From a virus, in IMG/VR virus record IMGVR_UViG_3300009156_000012: a DNA stretch of 43,329 nucleotides. One strand, written 5' to 3'. A model generated the notes under the pieces. The model was not told where the DNA came from, did not search any database, and was given only the letters and a program-made list of their open reading frames with translations. Each line of letters opens with the position of its first letter. Position 1 is the first letter of the stretch. Below, one piece after another: positions 16,186 through 24,112 of this stretch. A program made the position numbers and the translations under genes.

Positions 16186-19047
16186 TCACTGTTGATAGCC
16201 ACTTTGGTCTGCAATGCTGCCAAGAGCGGCGCCACCTCCGATCACACCTGCGGCACCATACAACGGGATCTCGGCACGCACCAATCCGCGCCTGACGATC
16301 TCGTCACGCGGCATGCCGGTGATCCGATGCGTGCGCTCGATCGCCTCATTGACGATCTGGATCATCGGCTTGGCGGCAAAGCCACCCTTGGTCTTTTCAT
16401 CCTTGGCGCCAGCCCAAGCAACCTCCTGATAATAGCGCGGATCGACGCCAGCATTCTTCGCCGCCTGATGCACCACGTCCTCGAAGTGACCATACGATCC
16501 AGAAGGCGGCATCTGCAGAACCTTGCCCTTTTTATCCAAGGCTCCGATCAATCCCATCATCTGCTCGTCGATGGTCGCGCCCTTGCCATAGCCGGTGAAG
16601 TTGCCGGAAAAATTGTAGCGCTTCGGATTGATGGTCGGCGAGATGCCCTGTCCCTGCATAATCATCTTGTCGAACTGATCCATGTTCGATCCGGCATAAC
16701 GCCCGCCAATCGGGAACGGGAAGGCATGGCTCGGCGGGACCTGCTCGCCACGCGCCTTCAGCCAGTTGCCGTAATGCGCCATCATCAGGTTCGAGGTCGG
16801 ATCAGCGCCGCCGGTCGTTGCCGCCATGGCGTCGGCAAAGCGTTCCTTGAACATTGCACTGCCCTTCGTCGCGCCATACTCCTTGATGAATTCATCCTCC
16901 AGTTGTTTCATGAAGTACCAGTTCTCCGAGCCTGCCTTCTGCTTCAGGCCGCGCTCGTAGGCGCTGGCCAGCCTCGCCTTTGCTTCCGGCGTATTGGCCA
17001 TCTCTTCGTACTTCTGGCGCGTTGCCTCCTTGGCCGGGCGCACCACATCCTTTGTGCTCGTCATCGCGGGATAGTTCGCCGGATTGACGTCGGCACGCTT
17101 GGCCGGATCGAAGTAGGGCGTGTAGTTCCCGGCATCGATGTCGCGCTGCGCCGCCGCGCGCGCCTTCTGCACGCGCTGCGCCTCCTCGCTCAGCGTTTTT
17201 TGCGGGAACCAGTTCTCGGTCTTCGGATCGTAGGTGTTCACCGGAGGAATGACCTCCGGGTAGCGCTCGGCGACCTCGGGAACGGCACCAGAACGCGGCG
17301 CGACGGCTGAAGGGACAGACGGGGAACGCTTCCCGGGTGTCGCCATCTGCTGCGACTGACGCATCTCGCGCGGCACGGGATTGAGCACGCCGCCCATCTC
17401 GGCAAACGGCTCATTGAACTCGACGATCTGCTGCGAGGACGGGATCTTCATCTGCTTGATCGGATCGATCGCGTCGCGCTCGGCCTGAGTGAGATCCCTG
17501 CGCAGGTAATTGAGGTTCGCCCTGTTCTCCCCGGCACTGCGATTGTAGTTCGCAAGCGCAGCCTGATTGCGCGCGTACATCTCCATGACCTGACGCTGCG
17601 CCGGTCCCATCTTTGCCATCTCTGGCGCGAACTCCGTCATGATCTGCTTGTAGATCCCCTCGGCAGGCGAGCCGGGAGCAAAGTTGGTCGAGGTGTTCGA
17701 GCCGCGCGCGCCACCCTCGACAAAGTCGATCGCATGCTGCGGCTCATGCAGGCCCACCTCCAGCATCTTGCCGCGTGGCTTGTGCCTTCCGCCGGGGATC
17801 AGGACGCTCTCATCAACGTTCTGGCTCGGATTGATCGCCATGAACGGACGCTCGTGCTTGGTCGCTGGCGGATAATAAGCAGCACGCCATGAACCTTCAT
17901 TGTCGATGTAGACCGGCATGTCGCGCAGATAGGGAAACGCTTCGAGCGCGTCCGGGTGATCGTAGAGATCGGCCCACGTCAACGGTCCCTGTTTCTGGAT
18001 GCGCTCGGTCGCTTCCTGACGCGCCTTCAGCATCTCGGTGCGGTAACGAGCGCTGCCTTCCTTCGGCGGCTTGATGCCGGTCGTCTGCCCAAACAGATTG
18101 AGGCCCTGCTCGGGATTGTTCTCGCGGAAGATCTGCTGCGTGACCTTGTCGATGTCGTGACTGTCGGGCAGGCCTTTGAAGCGCGCATTCTGGTCCGACA
18201 CCTCGAAGTAGAACTTGCCATCGGGAAAGCGGCGCAGCTTGGTGGCCTGAAAGATCTGCTCATCGGAAAAACGCCCGCCCGCCCGCGCCATCGCTTCGGC
18301 GAGATCAAAGGCAGCCTGATCGGCCTTCGGCGACATGCGCGAGCCGAACATGCCTGCGCTGGCGCCGGGACGTGCATAGCCAGCAGGAGCGCCGCCGCCC
18401 ATCAAATTGAGCGCGGTATCGATGCCGAACTTGTCGAGCGCCTGCTGGCGCCTCATCTCGCGTCCCACCCGCTGCGAAGTGAGCGGCTCATTCGGATCGG
18501 GATAGCGGTCGAGGATGGAACGCTGCTCAACCGGCGGCGCGAACATTGCACCAGCAATCTGGCCAGCAGCTCGCAACGGTGCAGTGATCGGGCGCGTCGC
18601 ATACTCGAACGGGGTCTCTGCCGGTGGTTGTGTCGAGGCGAGGCCCGGGCGCGGGCGATCCGGGTCCCACGGCTGCGTCGGCTCGACGGCACGAGCGCCG
18701 CCGAACAAATGTCCCACAAGGCCGGGGCGATCGTAGCGCTCGCGCGCGGCGCGCGCCGCCGGAAGCTCGAAGCTCTCGCGATCGGGCTGCCCCGGCTCCT
18801 GCACCGTCGTCATGTAGCGGTTGCGAAGGTTCTGATCGATGGTCGCGGGGGCAGCGGTCGAACCCATGGCGGGGGAGAGATCCGGCTCGAACAGCCGCCC
18901 TTCCGGTCGACCGGCGGTGCCTCCCGGACGGCCCCATCCGGCGTCATCCGGGGGAGGCACCGGGATGTCGCTCGGACGCACCGTGATGCGCGGGATGCCA
19001 CGGCTCTGCAGCTCAAGATCGGTCAGCTCGTCATAGGGGTCAGGCAT
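16186..19047 (-). CDS. Large virion-associated protein with HExxH motif (953 aa), polyvalent/ejected protein candidate
   Basis: Contains LEVGLHEPQHAIDFVEG (HExxH). Lies right after the virion lysozyme and portal. No other motif recognised. Confidence 0.6.
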   Translation of the reverse strand: MPDPYDELTDLELQSRGIPRITVRPSDIPVPPPDDAGWGRPGGTAGRPEGRLFEPDLSPAMGSTAAPATIDQNLRNRYMTTVQEPGQPDRESFELPAARAARERYDRPGLVGHLFGGARAVEPTQPWDPDRPRPGLASTQPPAETPFEYATRPITAPLRAAGQIAGAMFAPPVEQRSILDRYPDPNEPLTSQRVGREMRRQQALDKFGIDTALNLMGGGAPAGYARPGASAGMFGSRMSPKADQAAFDLAEAMARAGGRFSDEQIFQATKLRRFPDGKFYFEVSDQNARFKGLPDSHDIDKVTQQIFRENNPEQGLNLFGQTTGIKPPKEGSARYRTEMLKARQEATERIQKQGPLTWADLYDHPDALEAFPYLRDMPVYIDNEGSWRAAYYPPATKHERPFMAINPSQNVDESVLIPGGRHKPRGKMLEVGLHEPQHAIDFVEGGARGSNTSTNFAPGSPAEGIYKQIMTEFAPEMAKMGPAQRQVMEMYARNQAALANYNRSAGENRANLNYLRRDLTQAERDAIDPIKQMKIPSSQQIVEFNEPFAEMGGVLNPVPREMRQSQQMATPGKRSPSVPSAVAPRSGAVPEVAERYPEVIPPVNTYDPKTENWFPQKTLSEEAQRVQKARAAAQRDIDAGNYTPYFDPAKRADVNPANYPAMTSTKDVVRPAKEATRQKYEEMANTPEAKARLASAYERGLKQKAGSENWYFMKQLEDEFIKEYGATKGSAMFKERFADAMAATTGGADPTSNLMMAHYGNWLKARGEQVPPSHAFPFPIGGRYAGSNMDQFDKMIMQGQGISPTINPKRYNFSGNFTGYGKGATIDEQMMGLIGALDKKGKVLQMPPSGSYGHFEDVVHQAAKNAGVDPRYYQEVAWAGAKDEKTKGGFAAKPMIQIVNEAIERTHRITGMPRDEIVRRGLVRAEIPLYGAAGVIGGGAALGSIADQSGYQQ

Positions 19048-19861
19048 ACCAGTCCCCGTCCTCGTAGGACGCGATGTCGCCGAGCGCTCCCATCTTGGCG
19101 CCCGGCAGCGAGCCGACAGCGTCCGAGCCCGGGGTCAGTGGGCTCGGAGCCGTCTCCGGGCGAGGGGAAGGCATTGGCACGATCCCGCCCGGAAAGGCTG
19201 GAGGCTGCGCCGCAGGAGGCGCTGACGCAGCCGTTCTCGACGGGCGAAAAGCCATGCTAAGCCCTTCGCCGAGCGTCTCGAGCCCGCCCCGGATGCCGCG
19301 CCGCTGCGAATTCAGCAGCCCGTATGGCCCGGACACCCCGGACACCCCGGACAGCCCATACCTGTCGTTCCGGTCACGTGTTTCACGTGAAACATTCCCC
19401 GGTGCAGATCCGGTCGCCTGCTGCGAAATTGCACCGGGTTCGAGAGGCTGGCCAGCATCTGCCTCGTAAAGAGCACGCGCGTGCTGCTGGCGCTCGGGCA
19501 GCGACTTGTCACCGAAGCGCACGACCTGATTGCCGAACGCCTTGGTCGCGGCATCGATGTCCTGCGCGGCATAGAAGTCCTGCGCGTTGCCACGCTCGGT
19601 CGTGCTCAGCTCATGCCCGATGAAATCGGTCTGCGCACCCGGATCGTTCCACGGCTTGCCCTGCTGGTTGGCGAAGTTCTGCAACGCCTGAAAGCGCGGC
19701 CCGCGCCACTGCATCATGCCATAGGCGCCTTCGTCGGAATTGTATGCGTTCGGATCAAGGCTGCTCTCGCGCTTCAGATTGCCGACAACTGCCGCAGCAT
19801 GCATCTTCGACATGCCGCCGCGCATCAGACGCTGCATCAGGAAGTTCGGATCGACGGGCAT
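19040..19861 (-). CDS. Phage tail lysozyme family (Phage_lysozyme2-like) cell-wall hydrolase
   Basis: AAAVVGNLKRESSLDPNAY...YGMMQWRGPRFQAL matches the family pattern. ATG at 19861 is preceded by GGAGGG; the track start at 19864 is TTG. Confidence 0.7.
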   Translation of the reverse strand: MPVDPNFLMQRLMRGGMSKMHAAAVVGNLKRESSLDPNAYNSDEGAYGMMQWRGPRFQALQNFANQQGKPWNDPGAQTDFIGHELSTTERGNAQDFYAAQDIDAATKAFGNQVVRFGDKSLPERQQHARALYEADAGQPLEPGAISQQATGSAPGNVSRETRDRNDRYGLSGVSGVSGPYGLLNSQRRGIRGGLETLGEGLSMAFRPSRTAASAPPAAQPPAFPGGIVPMPSPRPETAPSPLTPGSDAVGSLPGAKMGALGDIASYEDGDWYA

Positions 19862-20013
19862 CAAACCCTCCGATAAGCGTCAACATTCTCGCCGACATGC
19901 CTGAACGAGAACCAGCGGTCGAGCCGATGATCGACGATGGCGATTGCCGGAATGATGCGGCCGATCCGGCAGCGTGCCTTCCAGCGGCGCAGCGAAGTGC
20001 GCTTGCGTCTCAT
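19861..20013 (-). CDS. 50-aa basic mini-protein
   Basis: Hand translation gives MRRKRTSLRRWKARCRIGRIIPAIAIVDHR... Its TGA overlaps the next ATG (TGATG). It fills the gap. Confidence 0.35.
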   Translation of the reverse strand: MRRKRTSLRRWKARCRIGRIIPAIAIVDHRLDRWFSFRHVGENVDAYRRV

Positions 20014-20018
20014 GGCGT

Positions 20019-20153
20019 TCACCAATCATCTGGAACGAACAGCGTCGGGAAAATATTGCGCGTGAACCAAGCCAACGCAATAACACCGGCAATTCCGATC
20101 GTTCCTCCGATCGCCATCGACACCAGCATAATGATCATATCGCGCGCACTCAT
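20019..20153 (-). CDS. 44-aa membrane mini-protein
   Basis: Hand translation gives MSARDMIIMLVSMAIGGTIGIAGVIALAWFTRNIFPTLFVPDDW. ATGA overlap with the portal stop. Confidence 0.5.
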   Translation of the reverse strand: MSARDMIIMLVSMAIGGTIGIAGVIALAWFTRNIFPTLFVPDDW

Positions 20154-22540
20154 TGCGCCGGTCCCTTCGGCATCATCATCTGTCTCTCCTTCAGCTGCGA
20201 GGACTGCGCGAACTGCTGGTCCTTCTGGCGCGAGGCCTGATTGAACTGCGCCTGCTTCTGCTGGCGGCCGAGCGCGCTGTCCTGCGCCTTCATCGCCATG
20301 CCCTGACGCACGGCAGCGTTCTTGTCCATCTGGCCGCGCTGCTGGATCTGCGCCTTCTGCGTGTCGATCACGAAGTCGCGCTGCGACTTATCTGCATCCT
20401 GCGCGGCCTTCTCGCGATCGCGCTGCATCTGCGCGGCGATCTGCGCCATCTTGGCCCGACGCTCGCGCTCGGCGCCTTGGAATTCGAGCATCGCAACTTC
20501 CTTCTCGTTCTGCACCTTGGTCTGCTCGACGCGCATGCGCGACATGATCTCGGTCATCTGCAGATTGCGGTCCTTGTCGTTCTCCTGCGCGGCGTGCTGC
20601 ATCTTCATCTGCTCGATCTGCAGCTTGGTCTGCGGGTCTTCGCCCATCTTCTGCTGCTGGCCGCCCTGCGGCAGCTGGCCGGACGCTGCGAGCTGGCCGA
20701 GCTGGTCGACCATCTCGTCGATCGCACCGTCGAGCTGGCGACCCGCGCGATAGGGTGCGACCGCGAACTTGAGCACCTCGCCGCCGAACTTCGCGGTCTG
20801 CGGCATGGTCGTGATCATCACGCCAAGCTGCTGGATCAGGGTCGAGAGCACGGTGACGAATTCGCCGCGCTGCTCTTTCTCCTGCTGCTCGTCGATCATG
20901 ATCGTGCTGTCAGTCTCGATGTCGAGCACGAACGAGCGCGTGCGATTGTCGCGCAGGAACGCCAGCACGTCCTCGACCGTTGCCTTCTCGGACAGCTTCT
21001 GCACCTCCTGCTGCGCCTGCTGCATCATCTGCTGCGCCTGCTGCATCATCTGCGGATTAGCCTGCAGCTGCTGCATCATCTGCGGGTTCGCGCTGAGCTG
21101 CTGCGTCTGCTGCTGCACCTGCTGCGTGATCTGCTGGATCTGCTGCTGGATCTCCATCTTGCGCGGCAGCTGCATCTGCGCCATCGCAAGGATCGTCTCA
21201 TCGTCGAACTTCTCGGTGATGATCTCGACCGAGATCTGCACACAGTCCTTGGCAATGCGTGCCATCTCGCCCTGCTTGTCGCGGATGCGCACGGCACCGG
21301 ACTGCATCTTCATCTTCTGCGCGCCGAGCGTCTCCTGCGGATCAGTCGCACCACGCATGATGTCGGACAGGCCGACGATCTGGTAGATGTCCTGAATGAT
21401 CTCCTTGCGCAGCGCGACCAGCGAATTGACGGTGTTGGCGATCTCCTCGATCGGCAGCCAGACGATCACTTCCTTGCTGCCGCCGAACGCCGCCCAATTG
21501 TTGATCGGCACGAGAATGCGCCCGGCCGACTTCATCTTGATGGCCTTCTCGACCGCGTCGGCGATCTCGGTGCCGCCAGAGGGATAGAAGCCCTTCACCT
21601 CGATCGCGTCGGCGAGCGCGTGAATGCGCCCGGTGAGCGCGTTCAGTTCCTCCAGCTGGTCGCGATAATACTCGACGTCGGGGATCGGGATCAGCGAGCC
21701 GGGCTGCACCGTCGAATAGGCCGGTTGCGGACAGGGGAAGTAGCCCTGCAGGTCGAGATGCGGCTCGGCATAGTCGAGCAGCACTTCCGATCCCTCGCTC
21801 ACCCACGCGACAAGGCCGAGCGTGCGGTGCCACACTTCCCAGATCTTGGCGCGCTCGCGATCGTCGGTGCCGCCGACGTCCTTGCTGTCGCGCTGCACCT
21901 TGTAGTCGAGCTTGTCGTAGGCATCCTTGGAATATTTTTTGAAGCGCTTCTTCGCCTCGCGCCGCGTCAGGTAGCTCGCGGCGGCAACCCATTCGACCTC
22001 GTACCAGTTGCGGCAGATCGCGTGCAGGAAGTCGCGCCGGTCCTTGTGCTCGATGCAGACCTTCTCGGGCTTGCCGTTCCTGCCCTTCTCGTGACGGCAC
22101 CAGAGCACGCCACGCCCGTGCAGCGTCAGGCTGTCGCGCGTCTGCTTCAGCGCCGGATGCACGTAGGCGAGATCGAACGCGACGGTGGCGCAACGCTCGG
22201 CCATCTCGCTCGCGGTCTGCGGGACCGGCCTGCGATCCTTGAACTTCGGCACCACGACCGGGATCGGCGGGCGCGCATAGATCACCGGGGCAAGCACCTG
22301 AATGTTCGACCAGAACATCTGGAATTGCCGGTCGCGGTTGGCGGTGCGCAGCCGTTCGAGATTGCCGTAGAGCTTGTCAATGTTGTCGCAGGCATCATTC
22401 CACTCCTCGAAGGCGGTCTCGCTCTCGCGGATCAGCTCAAGCCACGTGGCGGCGTGCTTCGGCTCGGTGAAGACGTTGACTTCATCGCTCAGGCGACCGC
22501 GCGGTTCGGCTGCCTTGCCGGGAGGGCTTTCACTTGCCAT
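20150..22540 (-). CDS. Portal protein with long Q/K/E-rich C-terminal extension (796 aa)
   Basis: Largest head gene downstream of TerL. The N-terminal ~500 aa are portal-like (FWSNIQVLAPVIYARPPIPVVVP). The C-terminal ~300 aa are low-complexity coiled coil. Confidence 0.75.
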   Translation of the reverse strand: MASESPPGKAAEPRGRLSDEVNVFTEPKHAATWLELIRESETAFEEWNDACDNIDKLYGNLERLRTANRDRQFQMFWSNIQVLAPVIYARPPIPVVVPKFKDRRPVPQTASEMAERCATVAFDLAYVHPALKQTRDSLTLHGRGVLWCRHEKGRNGKPEKVCIEHKDRRDFLHAICRNWYEVEWVAAASYLTRREAKKRFKKYSKDAYDKLDYKVQRDSKDVGGTDDRERAKIWEVWHRTLGLVAWVSEGSEVLLDYAEPHLDLQGYFPCPQPAYSTVQPGSLIPIPDVEYYRDQLEELNALTGRIHALADAIEVKGFYPSGGTEIADAVEKAIKMKSAGRILVPINNWAAFGGSKEVIVWLPIEEIANTVNSLVALRKEIIQDIYQIVGLSDIMRGATDPQETLGAQKMKMQSGAVRIRDKQGEMARIAKDCVQISVEIITEKFDDETILAMAQMQLPRKMEIQQQIQQITQQVQQQTQQLSANPQMMQQLQANPQMMQQAQQMMQQAQQEVQKLSEKATVEDVLAFLRDNRTRSFVLDIETDSTIMIDEQQEKEQRGEFVTVLSTLIQQLGVMITTMPQTAKFGGEVLKFAVAPYRAGRQLDGAIDEMVDQLGQLAASGQLPQGGQQQKMGEDPQTKLQIEQMKMQHAAQENDKDRNLQMTEIMSRMRVEQTKVQNEKEVAMLEFQGAERERRAKMAQIAAQMQRDREKAAQDADKSQRDFVIDTQKAQIQQRGQMDKNAAVRQGMAMKAQDSALGRQQKQAQFNQASRQKDQQFAQSSQLKERQMMMPKGPAQ

Positions 22541-22988
22541 CGCGCTTATTCCACGGTTGGAAGCCTCTCAGCTTGACCGGATCCGGCCAAACTCCTTCGA
22601 AGCAGAACGCGCGGTCGTCGATCGTCATGAAAGCAGTCGGCTTCTCTGACGCGAATTTCACGTCTCCAAGACCGGGACCTGCCGGGCTTTCCCACCAGAC
22701 GCCATCGGCATGCTCGACAAGCCAAGCCCGCATCGCATCGATGCCCGCCTTCGTCTTCGAGCGCGAGGAGTAGATCACGACGTCAAAATGCTTGAGCGCT
22801 TCGAGCAGGAATTCGAACGCGCCGGGGACCGGACCATCCGAAATCGTGTACTCGTTGGTCCATGGCGACGTGTAGGCATGGATCACGCCATCGAAATCGA
22901 TGCACAGGATCGGCTTGGGCTTCGGCTTGGGCGGGTCACGCTTGATCCAGCCAGCATCTTCCATCAGCTTCTGCTTCATTGCGCCCAT
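22530..22988 (-). CDS. HAD-superfamily phosphatase/nucleotidase-like protein (152 aa)
   Basis: Motif I CIDFDGVIH, motif II VVIYSSRS, motif III/IV K...FMTIDDRA. RBS AAGAGG before ATG 22988. The alternative ATG at 22979 forms ATGA with a possible upstream mini-ORF. Confidence 0.7.
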   Translation of the reverse strand: MGAMKQKLMEDAGWIKRDPPKPKPKPILCIDFDGVIHAYTSPWTNEYTISDGPVPGAFEFLLEALKHFDVVIYSSRSKTKAGIDAMRAWLVEHADGVWWESPAGPGLGDVKFASEKPTAFMTIDDRAFCFEGVWPDPVKLRGFQPWNKRDGK

Positions 22989-23101
22989 GCGGCAAACCTC
23001 TTGTTGGTACAGACCAGCTCGCCGCACCAGAACAGCGCGGGCTTGAACACGACGAAGTGCCAGCGCCAGCGACCTTGGTGCAGGATGAAGAGCACACGCA
23101 T
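22976..23101 (-). CDS. Possible 41-aa Trp/Phe-rich mini-protein
   Basis: GAGGAG lies 6 nt before ATG 23101. Sequence MRVLFILHQGRWRWHFVVFKPALFWCGELVCTNKRFAAWAQ. The stop overlaps the HAD gene's alternative start. Confidence 0.3.
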   Translation of the reverse strand: MRVLFILHQGRWRWHFVVFKPALFWCGELVCTNKRFAAWAQ

Positions 23102-23111
23102 CGATCACTCC

Positions 23112-23411
23112 TCAGCTGTAGGCGTAGCGGTTGCGGATGTTGAAGTTGAAGAAGCGTCCGGGCGATCCCGCGCTCACGAGGCCGCGATAAATCGAGATCG
23201 GGACATCGTAGTAGGTGTAGGTGCGACCGCTATGCAGGAACGTGATCGAGAGCGTTTGGTCCTGCTCGCTGTAGCCGACGCGACTGATCGCGCTCGAATT
23301 GACGGCTTGACTGTACTCACCGAGCGCCTCGGCCCAACCGATGTTGCGACGCTGCGACCTTGCTGCAGCGAGCCTGCCGGATGCGCGGATCAGCTGCGGC
23401 GAGATCGCCAT
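23112..23411 (-). CDS. KTSC-domain protein (99 aa)
   Basis: SSAISRVGYSEQDQTLSITFLHSGRTYTYYDVPISIYRGLVSAGSPGRFFNFNIRNRYAY matches the KTSC domain pattern. Confidence 0.7.
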   Translation of the reverse strand: MAISPQLIRASGRLAAARSQRRNIGWAEALGEYSQAVNSSAISRVGYSEQDQTLSITFLHSGRTYTYYDVPISIYRGLVSAGSPGRFFNFNIRNRYAYS

Positions 23412-23578
23412 CAGTCATCTCCCGGGTCAGCCTGCGACGTGGCGTTGCCAATCGCGATCGTTCCGCCAGCGGGCACAGTGATGGTGATGGCAATCGTCTT
23501 CTCGGACGTGATCGTGATGACGACCACCTTGTCCATGACGACGCCAGCATCGTCAGCTGGGCTCAGTCTGTCCTTCAT
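23411..23578 (-). CDS. Small beta-rich hypothetical protein (55 aa; alternative start 23536)
   Basis: Sequence VVVITITSEKTIAITITVPAGGTIAIGN. TGATG coupling to the KTSC gene. The start codon is uncertain. Confidence 0.35.
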   Translation of the reverse strand: MKDRLSPADDAGVVMDKVVVITITSEKTIAITITVPAGGTIAIGNATSQADPGDD

Positions 23579-23801
23579 CAGCACGCGGGCTCCCATCCGC
23601 ATTGCGCGTGATCGCAACATTGACCCACATCGCAACATCGCGCAGCTTGCGCAGCGCGTAGGTCTTGTCGGCGCCGTCGGGAACGATCTCGGACAGCGTG
23701 CGTGCATACTGCGCGACTGCCTCATGACAGGCCCGAACGCTCTCCGCCTGATCATCCGTCAGCTCAAGATATTCAAACGTTTTCTCGTGCAGCTGCGTCA
23801 T
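23553..23801 (-). CDS. Small helical hypothetical protein (82 aa)
   Basis: Normal composition. Motif DKTYALRKLRDVAMWVNVAITR. Lies in the TerL-portal island. Confidence 0.6.
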   Translation of the reverse strand: MTQLHEKTFEYLELTDDQAESVRACHEAVAQYARTLSEIVPDGADKTYALRKLRDVAMWVNVAITRNADGSPRADEGQTEPS

Positions 23802-24112
23802 GCATGACCCTCGATATTGTCGTCGTTTTCCAGAAGCGCCTTGCGGATCTCGTCATCGACCACGAACGTGTTGGCCATGTCTTGCGCCATCGTATCGAGA
23901 TGCGCGGCGATCGTGCGCAGGTTGTCGGCACACTTGATGCCGGTGATGGTGTTGAGCCTGACGGTGTCATCGGCAGACGGACGCGCGACAATGAGAACGA
24001 ACTCGAACTTCGGATCACCGAAGATGCCGGTGAGCACGCCATGAATGCCATTGGCCAAGATCGACAGGCGCGCATCAGGATCAGTGGGCGCTTGGGGGTT
24101 CTCAACGTTCAT
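23798..24112 (-). CDS. Hypothetical protein (104 aa)
   Basis: ATGA overlap with the TerL stop. Plausible composition. Confidence 0.6.
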   Translation of the reverse strand: MNVENPQAPTDPDARLSILANGIHGVLTGIFGDPKFEFVLIVARPSADDTVRLNTITGIKCADNLRTIAAHLDTMAQDMANTFVVDDEIRKALLENDDNIEGHA

